NCBI GenBank assembly: GCA_043228905.1
Contig: JBHGNT010000016.1
Span: 10,850,001 to 10,914,000 of the forward strand
Origin: Azolla caroliniana
Lineage: Eukaryota > Plantae > Polypodiophyta
Reading direction: 5' to 3'
DNA: 64,000 nucleotides
Positions 11,501-22,801 of the stretch are shown in pieces; position 1 is the stretch's first letter; each line of letters opens with the position of its first letter. The position numbers and the translations under genes were made by a program. Under the pieces are notes generated by a model. It saw nothing but the letters and a program-made list of their open reading frames with translations. It searched no databases and was not told where the DNA came from.

Positions 11501-14243
11501 CATGAGGTATTGGAGGTGAAGGCAGGTACCACAAAGCGGACTCGTCGAACATGACATCTCGGCTTACGCGAACTTCCTTTGTTCGGGGGTTATAGCATTT
11601 ATACCCCTTTTGCTTGTCTAAATAGCTGACCAAGATACACTTCTTGGCTTTGGCATCCAGTTTCCTCCTCTTCTCCTTCGGCACATGCACATATGCAATG
11701 CTGCCGAAAATCCTCAAGTGTGTCAATTTCGGCTTCTTTCCGAAATACAACTCTTGTGGCGACACTCCTCCATTAGTAGAAGTCCAATTTTGCAAAGAAA
11801 CAGTCGTCCTTAAGGCTTCATCCTAGTAAAACTTCGGCATATGCCTCTCTTCAAGCATTGCCCTAGCGGCTTCTTCGATCATCTGATTCTTCCACTCGGC
11901 TACGCCATTCTGCTCCAGCGTATATCTACACGAGAATTCGCGTCGAATTCCCTCCTTCTATAGATAACTCGTGAACTAGTCAAAGATGTGCTCCTTCCCG
12001 CCATCAGACCGTAGGCACTTGAGCTTACACCCTGTTTCCCTTTCCGCAAGGTTTTTCACCTTCAGGAACCATGCGAAGACTTCGCTCTTTTTCGTGATCA
12101 AGCACGCTCAGGTATGCCAAGTGAAGTCATCGATAAAGGTTACGAAGTAACGGCTTCAACCAAGACTCACGTTCTATGCCGGTCCCCATACATCCGAATG
12201 GATAAAATCCAACGGATTTCAACTACGATTATGCTCATTGGGGAATGGAAGTCGGTGTTGCTTCCCGAGTTGGCAGGCTTTACAGACTTGGCCATTACGG
12301 CTCCGAAATTTTGGCAAGCCAAAAACAATGTTCTTCGTCTAAATTTCACAAAGCCATGGGAAGTTAACGTGGCCGAACCGCTTGTGCCACATGTTGATGT
12401 CCGACTTGACCTTCTATCCTCTAGCAAACAACGCGGTTCCAGCTTGATTGGTGTCGAGGATGAACATCCTTCCTTCACGACACCCTTGCACGATAACTTG
12501 GCCTTCCTCTTCGATGTAGCACACAAGGTGTGTGAATCGAACTTGCATCCCCTAGTCGACGATCTGACCGACCGACACCAGGTTCTTGGTTATTGTCGGG
12601 ACATGCAACACATTCATAAGCTTCCTTTTCTGCCCAACGTGGCTGAGAGGAACTTCTCCGACATGTTCGATGGTATGCAGAGTGTCGTCTCTCGTTTCAA
12701 CCACTCCTTGTTTTTCTGGTTTCTCCAAGTACGAGAACCATTCCTCATGACTCGTCATATGATTTGACGCTCCGGAATCAACATATCACACCTCGCTCGA
12801 TTTCGAGGTGTTCACGACCATGGAATTGGCCTTGTGCTTCATTACGAAGGCTAGGCCCGATCCATTTACGGCTCGTTTAGAGCCTTCAGCGTAGTGCGAT
12901 TTCTGACGCCTTCCTGCGTCTCTTCCGCTCGATTTGGCTTTGTCCGAATCAGCTCTCTTCTTCCAACACTCGCTCTCCCTGTGGCCTTTCTTGCCACAAT
13001 ACCGCCATTCCGTCACGGCCTTTTCTTGTCGGTTTCCGGTGCCGCTATGGCTCCCCCTACTTCCGGAATTGCTTCCGGCATTTCAATTATGCCGCACGTT
13101 CTTCTCTTTTCAGCCGCCTCTATTGCGCGCCGATCTGCCTTATTCACCATGACTACGGGGCCTATCTTCCTCCGAGTACAACATCTTGTTATTAGTGTGC
13201 GTACTCATTGACACACCCACGTGATTTTCCTCCACGAGCAACATTGATTGAAGCTCGAAGAATGAAGGCGTAATCTTCCTTGTGCAGACTGCCATTCTGA
13301 ACGTCGAGGAGGACGAAATGGTGCAGGTTTGTCTTGATTCGGGTTGTGTAATCAGGCACAGACAGATCTTTCTGTCGGACATTGTTGAGCTCTTGTCTAA
13401 GCTGCAGCTTCCTAGCCGTTGTGCTAGTGGCGAAAACCCTCTTGAGATTCGCCCACGCATCCTTTGGCATCTTAGCATACCGAATGTAGCTCAAGAGTTG
13501 ATCGCTCACACAGGACGCGAAGCAATAAAGAACTCTGCTTGCCGCTTGTTCCCAAGCCGAAAAATCTCTGTGTGTCGATTCGGGTGTTGCATCATTAGCT
13601 CCTCTGACATAACTCTAACCATGACCAAGCAGATATTGGTGCATCTTGTATGACCAAGATGCGTAGTTGCTCCTGTTGAGCTTCTCAGTCAGTAGCGAGC
13701 TTCACATTCCTCTGTCCATATTACTGTCTTATCCTTTTCGAAAAACAATAACTTAACTCTGTCTTTATCGCAAGATTTTCTGTCCGCTACAAAGGAGTCT
13801 CAACCCTCGCACTCTGATACCATGTAAAAGTATAACGTGTGTGGAAGCGTATGCGTAAGACATTGAGTACACGGTTCGGAAGTACGACAGTTCGGTAACA
13901 CATAGAAACCACAAAGAAGGAGAGGGGAGGGAGAGAGGGAGAGAGAGAGAGAGAGCAGAAAACGTAACTATATTCAAAAAATGTAATTCTCTGTATGTTC
14001 TCTGTACATACTTGGTGCTCAGTGAGCACCTTTTATACAAGCCCTAACTATCGGGCTGACACAAGTACTTACAGTACCTGACTACTCATAAATGAGCATC
14101 CTACACTTACCCCCAAAATTATTCCTTACGAGGAATAACATTCTAACCGCCTCTCGGTTTACATACCTTTACGGCCATATTTTGCGCACAGTTTTATGCA
14201 CCTATTTATGCTCCCAATGTTGAAGAGAGTTTGTCTCTCAAAA
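8591..14243 (-). mobile_element. Full-length decayed Ty1/copia element inserted in the 3' LTR of X
   Basis: LTRs 8591-~9008 and 13823-14243. 5-bp TSD GTGGT (8586-8590 and 14244-14248). PBS TGGTATCAGAG (tRNA-iMet) just inside 13822. PPT CTTGAGGGGGAG at 9009-9020 (-). Confidence 0.92.
9507..13719 (-). pseudogene. Degenerate copia gag-pol
   Basis: gag (KDAWANLKRVFATSTTARKLQLRQELNN, YCGKKGHRESECW), PR (DSGASNHMT), INT (FGSIAYVHVPKEKRRKLD), RT, RH (HYHFVHECV...DIFTKPL). Multiple stops and frameshifts. Confidence 0.88.
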
Positions 14244-14248
14244 GTGGT

Positions 14249-14411
14249 AGTACAATGGTAAGGCTTGAAATTGTTAACATGGAGGTACAAGGTTCAAATC
14301 CTGCCCTATGCATGGAACATAATTATTTTAGTATTTTCTCCTATTTCTTTATACTTAGTCAATCGGGTACTCCACACATATTTTACGTAGTGTATGAAGT
14401 ACACTACGACA
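14249..14411 (-). repeat. 3' LTR of element X, proximal (U3) part
   Basis: Matches 38748-38864. Begins TGTCGTAG on the minus strand right after the PPT. Confidence 0.82.
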
Positions 14412-14569
14412 CTCACCCCCTCCGAACTTGCACATCCTCCGATATGTGCCGAAGTTTCTAGTACTTGTTACTGTTCTTCATCCGAAGCACACTCTATCTC
14501 TTCCCCTATGTCAATTATTAAATCCAGCTCATTTTCGTCACTTTCTCCACCTTTGTGATCGTTATCCGT

Positions 14570-15145
14570 TTACTCCTTTGTGTCGGGTTTGTCTAAGACT
14601 ATGTAGGGTTCGTCGTTAATTCCCTTCTTGAAAATCTTCACCCGCTTCCCTGCTATAGGCACTCGAAGAATTGTTCCATCTAGCTCACTTAGCCGGTAAG
14701 TTCTGTTGTCGAATGCTTTTCGAACTTCGTATGGTCTGAACCACATTTTAGCAAATTTCCTTGTTGAGTTGTGTTGATGATCCAAACTACTGTCGTAGAC
14801 TATCACCCAATCCCCTTCTTCAATTTTTGGCGATCTAAGTCGATGCTTTTTATCGAATTGACGTTGGTTACGAAATCGCGCTTTTTGTTGTCAGTGCACC
14901 GCTTCCGCTACATCTTCCGGTCTTCCTTCTAGCTGTCATATCTAGACCACCAGTAGTTCTTCCTAGCTCATCTCTTCCTTCCATGGTAGCACTGTCCATG
15001 TTGCAATTGCGGTTTCTGTAGGCATTACCGGAGCTTGTTTGGTCATAAGTTCCGTTGGCATATATCCGGTGACGGGACTATGCGTTGTGCGATCTGCCCA
15101 TAGTCCATACGGAAGCACCTGCGGCCAATTCTTCACCCTCCTGTG
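14570..15145 (-). pseudogene. Integrase C-terminus of element X
   Basis: RVKNWPQVLPYGLWADRTTHS...VYDSSLDHQHNSTRKFAKMWFRPY. Continues KALAKACD at ~33500. Confidence 0.88.
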
Positions 15146-15148
15146 ACC

Positions 15149-15543
15149 CATGGTTGTTTACGTACCCGTATTTAACGTTTAAATACATATAGTACCTCAT
15201 CATTTGTATAGTACGTACTATACCTCAATGTTGTTCAGTCAAATATCATGTATGTTTGTCCAATACGGTATTTAACGTATTTATAAAAAAACAGGTATAA
15301 TACGTATTTATAAAGAAAATGTAAGTAAACCCCTGACAAAAAGCAAAAGAAAAAAATGATTTTAGTGAAAAAGAAGCCAAAGGAAGGAAGAATAGAAGAA
15401 TAGAAGAGACAACGATGAAGAAGATGAAGAAGAAGAAGAGAGAAAAGAAGACAAAAACCTGTCTTGAGTGTGATAATCGTAGAAGATAGAAGAAGAAGAA
15501 GAAGAAGAAGAAAACGAAGAAAAGAGAAACCTATCATGAGCGT
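15149..15543. mobile_element. hAT-type MITE, left part (inserted in the integrase of X, split by Y)
   Basis: Left terminus CATGGTTGTTTACGTAC versus right terminus (reverse complement) CAAGGTTGTTAGGTAC ending at 33493. Subterminal ACGTATTT repeats. Degenerate 8-bp TSD CTCCTGTG / CTCTTGTC (6/8, left copy offset by 3 nt). Confidence 0.65.
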
Positions 15544-16348
15544 TGTCGCGAAGAAAACCGTCCATAGGCGGAATCGGCGCACCTAGGCGTGGGAACCGGT
15601 TCTTCACGCGCGCAAGCTCCAAGTTGTACATAAAAGCGAATTAGGAGGATAATCGGCAGGAACGGGCCCTAACACAAGTGGAGACAAACACCGCGCGAAC
15701 AGTCTTTTCGGTCGCGCGCGCGAGTTAAGGAACTGTACGAGTCGGCGGCGTAACTACGCGGATGCGTGAAGAACGGAGCGGATCCCTGTCCAAAAGGGAC
15801 AGGGAATAAAGCTGACAGGACGGCCTGCTCGTCGGCCTATATAAGGAGCAGGAAAGAGCTGTTGCAGGGATCTCGCGCGGAGAGGACGAAGTGCTGTCGG
15901 ACCGTTTCTGGACGCTTCTCTCTCTGTTTCCTTCCTTCTTGAGCTCCATAGCTTTTCTGCGCAGGGTTCCGAGGAGGCTCGTGCTGCTTCGAGGAACGCC
16001 CAAGTGCTTCCGGCAGCACCTCCGACCTGCTCCCCCCCCCTCCCCCTTTTCGTGCATCGAAGCGAACAAGTATCGGCATCTGTTCGCCGGCTTGTTCGGT
16101 TGTAACCAACCTGAGCCCCATCGAGGGTTGTAGTCGTGTTAGCCATTTCTGTTAATATACATATTTAGTCGTTCGCGTCTGTCTGTGTCGGTGTCTGTTC
16201 GCGTTCTCCGTGCTGAAGGGCCGTGTCCCTGTGTATCCCCGGTCCTGCGTAGCCGGTTCTCTCTCTTTCTCCTCCCTCGCTTGCTCTTTGGTTCGAGACC
16301 CCCGCGGTCCCGCCTCATCTCCACACGCACTTGCGAAATATCTCGACA
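15544..16348 (+). repeat. 5' LTR of Y
   Basis: TGTCG...CGACA termini, TATATAA at ~15838, near-identical to the split 3' copy. Confidence 0.95.
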
Positions 16349-16352
16349 TCTT

Positions 16353-16370
16353 TGGTGAACCCGACGTGAA
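16353..16370 (+). promoter_or_regulatory. Primer binding site, tRNA-Trp
   Basis: TGGTGAACCCGACGTGAA is the 18-nt complement of the plant cytosolic tRNA-Trp 3' end (...TTCACGTCGGGTTCA-CCA), recalled from memory. Confidence 0.85.
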
Positions 16371-16392
16371 AGAGGCGGCAGAAGAGCAGAAG

Positions 16393-18519
16393 ATGAGGGG
16401 GTCGGATCTCGCGGAGGCCATGGCTTCGGCCGTGGATCGGATTGTAAACGCGCGCGAGAGCACCGGTGCCCTCGACAGAGCTATTGAGGCGGTCGTCGGC
16501 ACGATCGGCCGGTTCGACGGGAAGGATGCCACGAAGTATTTGGCGTCCTACGGTGCAGAGATGCTGATGCGGGACATTCCGGAAGAAAGGCGTCTTGCCG
16601 GATTTCCCCGAGTAGCGATGCCGAGCATCCATGCGGAGGTGCTCGAGGTGCGGACGGAGAGCCGTACCTGGGAGGAGTTCGAAGGTCGGCTCCTAGAGAA
16701 ATACGGGCTGGACGACGCGCTCCGGCTTTCGAAGCGAAGGTTCATGGAATGGGTGGAGTCCCCGGGGAAGGGAAGAAACGCGTCGGCGCTCCTCCGGGAG
16801 TTCGAGGAAAACTTTGCGCGCCTTTCGGCGCTCGACCGAACCATCCTGGACACGAGCCGGGTCTTGCTGTTTGTCAAGTCGGTCGACGAGCGGGATCGGG
16901 AGCAAGTGGGCCTCTTGCTGGAAACCGAAGACGGGCTCACTGCCGACTGGGCGGCTGTCAGGAAGGTCTGTGGCCGTTTCGACAAACGGCGAGAATGGGC
17001 GGATAACGGGGCGACCGGGTCGGGCTCGGTCGCAGCGAGGAAGCTCGAACCAGCGCCACAGGTGCGCAAGGAAGAGACCCGGGGGTGGTTGGAAACCGGT
17101 TTGGCTTCGACCGGCGTAGTCAGAGGCTCAACCGGAGGAGCGGCGCTGGAGGAATTGACGAAGGCGATAAAGGACCTCCAAATCGCGCAGGCTCGAAGGG
17201 AAGGAGGCGAACCGGCTCGTGACCGACGGCCGGCGGCAGGAAACAGGTGCATGTGGTGCGATGAAGTCGGCCACATTCGGAAGGACTGCGGCGACTTCGC
17301 GGAGGCGCTGAGGGACAGGGTGGTGTACCTGTGGGAAGGACGGGTGCATGCCAGCGACACCCGAAGGGCCCTGAGCCGAAACGACGGAAAAGGTGGTATG
17401 AAAGGGTTGATGGAAGAGGCGGCGGCCCGACACGCGGAAACCGTCCACTACTCGGCGTCGGCCGGCATTCGAGTCGGGGGCGGCGAGGCCCGAAGGGAAA
17501 GCAAAGCCGGATTCTGGCCGACGATGCTGGAAGGCCTTGCCGGTGCAAGGCTTAAAGGGGAGGAATCGGACCGTGCAGAGAAACGGGTACGGGAGATGAC
17601 CGGGTGGAGCGACCCGGTCGAGGAAAGGACGGGCTTCGTGGAAGCCGCTTGCCAGAACTACGAGGCTCTGGTAGAAGAGAAGCGGGTGGGGAGACCCGGG
17701 ACGACCGGGCCCTCACAACGATACGAGACCCGGTCCGGGCCACGACGGGACGAAGCCGGCGGGGCCGGTACGCAAGATAAACCCCAGAAGGGCGGGTACC
17801 GTCTGGGGACGGAGATAGAAAGGACCACGGACTTACGAAAGGTCCTGGAGGAACGGATCCTCGACAGCAAGGTGGAGCTGTCGTTACGAGAGGTGCTGGG
17901 AATCGCCAAGAAGGAGTTCCACGACTCCATCGTGGACTTGGTGAAACGGAAGAGGCTGTCGACGGAGACAGAACCGGAAAGACCGGTGGAAGTGCGGACG
18001 ACGCACCTAGACGACATGGCGCTGGGAGACGAGTGGGCGGAAAGCCACTATTCGAGACCACACTGGGCCCGAGCGACCACGGAAACCCCGGTGAAGATCG
18101 GCGATGTCCAGGAACCGGTGATAGCTTTGGTGGACCACGGATCGGAGATCAATTTGATGTCCATGGACTTCTATAAGAAGGGCAAATGGCCGATCAACAC
18201 CAAGCACGGGTGGAAAATAAGGGCAGCAACGCGCGCCACCGAGGAACTGCACGGGGCCTGTCCGAATGTGCGAGTCAAGATCGGCGACGTCGAGATTGAC
18301 CAGCACTTCTTCGTGCAGGAGACGTCTTCGCATCCGGTCATTCTGGGAGAGCCGTACATCACGGCGGCGCGAATGGAGACCAAAGTGCTGGACAATGGTT
18401 CGGCCTACGCAAGGGTCAAAAGCCAAGACGGGCGCCATTCGGTCCAGTTTCTGACGGTACGGCCGAACCACGAACGTAACCGCGATTCCCTCGGTTCCGA
18501 AAACCGAGAGGATTTTTAG
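16393..18519 (+). CDS. gag: Y ORF1: Gag plus aspartic protease (intact)
   Basis: Open frame from ATG 16393. GRFDGKDATKYL, CCHC CMWCDEVGHIRKDC, protease ALVDHGSEINLM...VILGEPY. Ends EDF* on a slippery heptamer. Confidence 0.88.
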   Translation: MRGSDLAEAMASAVDRIVNARESTGALDRAIEAVVGTIGRFDGKDATKYLASYGAEMLMRDIPEERRLAGFPRVAMPSIHAEVLEVRTESRTWEEFEGRLLEKYGLDDALRLSKRRFMEWVESPGKGRNASALLREFEENFARLSALDRTILDTSRVLLFVKSVDERDREQVGLLLETEDGLTADWAAVRKVCGRFDKRREWADNGATGSGSVAARKLEPAPQVRKEETRGWLETGLASTGVVRGSTGGAALEELTKAIKDLQIAQARREGGEPARDRRPAAGNRCMWCDEVGHIRKDCGDFAEALRDRVVYLWEGRVHASDTRRALSRNDGKGGMKGLMEEAAARHAETVHYSASAGIRVGGGEARRESKAGFWPTMLEGLAGARLKGEESDRAEKRVREMTGWSDPVEERTGFVEAACQNYEALVEEKRVGRPGTTGPSQRYETRSGPRRDEAGGAGTQDKPQKGGYRLGTEIERTTDLRKVLEERILDSKVELSLREVLGIAKKEFHDSIVDLVKRKRLSTETEPERPVEVRTTHLDDMALGDEWAESHYSRPHWARATTETPVKIGDVQEPVIALVDHGSEINLMSMDFYKKGKWPINTKHGWKIRAATRATEELHGACPNVRVKIGDVEIDQHFFVQETSSHPVILGEPYITAARMETKVLDNGSAYARVKSQDGRHSVQFLTVRPNHERNRDSLGSENREDF

Positions 18520-21500
18520 AGAGGACTGCCAAGGCGTGGGGCCGCGACAGTCCGGATGCTCCGGGAAAACCCCACATCTGTACGATAAAACCGTGTACAA
18601 TAGGTAGGAAATTTTGCTTCTCCGACAGCGGAGCATGTACGATGGTCGGCATCACCAGCCGAGAGAAAACAAAGACGGAGGGGAGACTTCGGGCGTGCGG
18701 AGTTCTCGGCCCTGACGAAGGGATCAACGGAGCCGTGGAGGCAGTCTCTTTCGACGACACCTTGGGAATGCTGGGGAAGGTAGTCGAAGAAGACCTTAAC
18801 GAAGACCGGACGATACCGGTATGTTCCGAAGAAATGTACGAAGTCATCGCGGACTTCGGTCGAGGGCTCGAGTCGGAACGGACGGCCCGAGTGAGCACCA
18901 AGTACAAGACGGTGGACCGGAAGGTGAGGCCAGTTGCGGCGCCCTTACCGGAGGGCAGTGAATCCCGGATTAAAGGGGTTGCATCGGACCCCAGCTTACG
19001 AGATCGGGCCTGCATAGGACACACCTTCACCAACGAGACGCTCCGCGAGCTGAAGATCGGTGGGGGCGGGTTCCTACTGCCGGCGGAGGAAGACCGGTTC
19101 CGGAGAATGCTCGGAAGGCACGGGAAAGCCTTCGCATTCTCGCCGGAGGAAATCGGGTGCGTGGACCCGACGATCGTAGAGCCGATGGTGATATTCACGG
19201 TACCGCATGTACCGTGGAATCTCAAGCCAATTTCGGTTCCGAGAGCTCACATCCCGAAGTTGATGGAGTTGTTGAAGCAGAAAGTTGATATGGGCATTCT
19301 CGAGCCGTCGAGCGCCCCGTATTCAAACCGCTGGTTTACCGTGCCAAAGAAAAACGGATCATTGCGCTTCATTCAGGACCTGCAGCCGGTCAATAGAGTG
19401 ACCATTCGGAACGCAGGGATCGGACCGACCATAGACGAGTTCGCGGAGGCCTTCGCCGGAAGGTCGATTTACTCGGTCGGTGATCTATACTCAGGGTACG
19501 ACCAGTTCCAGCTAGCCGTGGAAAGCAGAGACATTACGACGATGCGAACTCCCCTCGGCCTAGTGCGGATGTGTACGCTGCCGCAAGGAGGGACCAACTC
19601 GGTGGCCCACATGGTGAATGCGATGAACAAGGTGCTGAGGGACTGCATACCGGACATCACCATGCCGTTTCTAGACGACATCCCGATCAAGGGATGCCCG
19701 GTAGAAGAGAAGGACGAGACGATCGGGCCGGACGGATGCCGGCGATTCGTGATGGCGCACATCGACGACTGCGAGAAGGTGCTGCAAAGGCTAGAGGATG
19801 CGAGGCTCACCTTCTCGGGGGAGAAATCAGCCTTCGGGCAGTCGGAAATCATGGTGGTCGGACACTTATGTGGGCCATATGGCCGGAAACCGTCTCCGGC
19901 AAAGGTAGAAGCCATCTCCGCGATGAAGCCCGACTGCAGCTCGGTCACGGAAGTACGTAGATTCCTGGGGGCATGCGCATTCTACCACATATGGATCCCG
20001 CATTACGCCCATGTTGCGGAGCCGCTATACGGATTATTGAGGAAAGGGCGAAGATTCGAATGGCTAGACAAGCACAAGGAGTCGGTCCGGAAGCTGAAGG
20101 AGGCTCTCTCGGCAGCACCGGCGCTCCGAAAGGCCGTCTACAGAAAGGGCACCCCAGTGTACATAACGGTTGACACGAGTCCGACCGGAATCGGGTGGGT
20201 CGTCAACCAAGAAGACGAGGATGGCAATCGGTTTCCGATCCGATTCGGCGCGAAGGTCCTCAGCGAACGGCAGCGAGGATACGCCCAGGTTAAACGCGAA
20301 CTCTAGGGTATCGTTTCGGCGGTGAAAGCCGACAAGGACTATCTGATCGGGACAGAGGTAATCATAGAGACGGATTGCATGCCGATTCTCGGCATGGTTT
20401 CCGGATGCGCGACGCCGGACCTGGCAATGCTCAGGTGGATAGCGTACATCAAGTCCCTGGACCCGGGAATACGACACATTTCCGGGAAAGACAACGCCAT
20501 GGCCGACATGCTTTCGAGGGCGAGATTCGATGACGAGGTCGGCATGATTTCGGAGGACGAAGAGGTCGGCGTGGACTTCTTCGAGACTGCGTATGTAACA
20601 ACCGACGGGACAAGCACTCCGGCGCTTAACGACTTCGACGCGAGCAAGTACGACGGGGAGTGGCTGCAGATCGGTGGGTTTTTGAAGACAATGACGCCCG
20701 ATGCGTCATGGACGAAGGACGAGGCCAACCGGATCCGGAAGAAAGCGTACCGGTTCTTTCTCCGGGACGGATACTTGTGGAAGCACCCGAAGAGGAGGAA
20801 CGGCGTCCCGCTCCGGGTGGTGGCAATGAAGGAAGATCAGGAGGAGCTGCTAGCGGCCTACCACGACAGCCCTTGGGCTGGACACCGTGGAACATGGGCT
20901 ACGTTTGAGAAACTGAAGGGGAAGTATTGGTGGCCGGGGCAGTACCAGGACGTGCATCAGTTCGTGACAACTTGCGAGAGCTGTCAGATGCACTCCATAG
21001 TCCGACATCGAGACGAGCTTCACCCTACGTACCCTCCGGCCATCCATTTCAAATGGATGGTAGATCTGGTAACGATGCCAATGGGAGTAGGACAGATGCG
21101 GTACCTGGTCCTAGCGCGGGAGGATCTGACGAACCAGGTGGAAGGCCGGGCCCTTCCGAACAAAACGACCGCGGCCGTTTGTCGGTTCCTAATCGAGGAC
21201 GTGGTATGCCGGTACGGGTGCGTCGGGAAGATCGTGGCTGACCGAGGGGAGTTGGACACCGAAGAAGCCGCGGAGCTGTTCGACCGGCTCGGAGTTAAGC
21301 TCTCGCTCACCACTGCGTACAATCCGGAGGCGAATGGAAAGGTGGAGCGCGGACACGGACCGATCGTCAAGGCGTTGGTTCGGGCATGCGGAGGCCGAGT
21401 CGGTAACTGGCCGCGGCTGCTACCTTATGCTTTGTGGGCAGACCGGACCACGCACAGTTCGGTAACCGGGTACATGCCGACGGAGCTCATGTTCGGCCAG

Positions 21501-21998
21501 AAGCCGATCATGCCGATGGAACGGACGATCTCCTCATGGGCAACGGTCGATTGGAGGGACGAGATGAGCCGGGAGGAGTTGTTGGCCGCGCGTATACGAC
21601 AACTCGAGCGGAGACCGAAGGACGTGGAACTGGCTGCGGAGAGGCTCCGGGCGGCGAGGGCGAAGAACAAAGCCAGGTTCGACCGAACGCACCGGCTCCG
21701 ACCGAAGAAAATCGAAGAAGGTGACTGGGTGCTCGTCTACGACAGCAGCCTCGACAACCAGCACCGAGCCACACGGAAGTTCGCACGAAGGTGGTTCGGG
21801 CCTTACGTGGTACGGAGCGCCAATGACAACGGGACATATCACCTGGCGGAACTTGACGGCACGAGAGTGGCGATACCGGTTGCAGGGAAGCGGATCAAAG
21901 CGTTCAAGAAGCGACATGACGACGAGCCGGACCCGGCTCTCCTAGTCAGCAGTGACGAACGATCCGGAAACGAGGAAGAACCGACGGGCGAGGAATGA
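18510..21998 (+). pseudogene. pol: Y ORF2: RT-RNase H-integrase in the -1 frame, with one nonsense mutation
   Basis: Frame is open from the slip site. RT (DLYSGYDQF, FLDDIP), RH (VDTSPTGIG), INT (H-H-C-C, KWMVDLV, NGKVERGH, WFGPY). Single TAG at 20304-20306 where X has KRELW. Confidence 0.88.
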
Positions 21999-22069
21999 AG
22001 ACGGGCCGGTTTTCTCCGTCCCAACTCTCTTGGCGCATACCGGAGGATGCGCGGTTAGGTGGGGGCGGA

Positions 22070-22801
22070 TGTCGCGAAGAAAACCGTCCATAGGCGGAAT
22101 CGGCGCACCTAGGCGTGGGAACCGGTTCTTCACGCGCGCAAGCTCCAAGTTGTACATAAAAGCGAATTAGGAGGATAATCGGCAGGAACGGGCCCTAACA
22201 CAAGTGGAGACAAACACCGCGCGAACAGTCTTTTCGGTCGCGCGCGCGAGTTAAGGAACTGTACGAGTCGGCGGCGTAACTACGCAGATGCGTGAAGAAC
22301 GGAGCGGATCCCTGTCCAAAAGGGACAGGGAATAAAGCTGACAGGACGGCCTGCTCGTCGGCCTATATAAGGAGCAGGAAAGAGCTGTTGCAGGGATCTC
22401 GCGCGGAGAGGACGAAGTGCTGTCGGACCGTTTCTGGACGCTTCTCTCTCTGTTTCCTTCCTTCTTGAGCTCCATAGCTTTTCTGCGCAGGGTTCCGAGG
22501 AGGCTCGTGCTGCTTCGAGGAACGCCCGAGTGCTTCCGGCAGCACCTCCGACCTGCTCCCCCCCCTCCCCCTTTTCGTGCATCGAAGCGAACAAGTATCG
22601 GCATCTGTTCGCCGGCTTGTTCGGTTGTAACCAACCTGAGCCCCATCGAGGGTTGTAGTCGTGTTAGCCATTTCTGTTAATATACATATTTAGTCGTTCG
22701 CGTCTGTCTGTGTCGGTGTCTGTTCGCGTTCTCCGTGCTGAAGGGTCGTGTCCCTGTGTATCCCCGGTCCTGCGTAGCCGGTTCTCTCTCTTTCTCCTCC
22801 C
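22070..22801 (+). repeat. 3' LTR of Y, first part (remainder at 32973-33044)
   Basis: Direct copy of 15544-16276, interrupted by Z with TSD CTCCC. Confidence 0.95.

Noticed and set aside
14244-14315. Functional tRNA gene
   Set aside because: A and B boxes are present, but acceptor and anticodon stems do not pair; reported only as a tRNA-like cassette.
16210-16392. Gag starting at GTG inside the LTR
   Set aside because: The frame is open through U5/PBS, but homology with X begins after the PBS; ATG 16393 is preferred.
16315-21917. Many long antisense and alternate-frame ORFs over Y (e.g. 16548-17360, 18416-19225)
   Set aside because: Expected shadows of a GC-rich coding strand; no motifs, and not evidently preserved in relative X.
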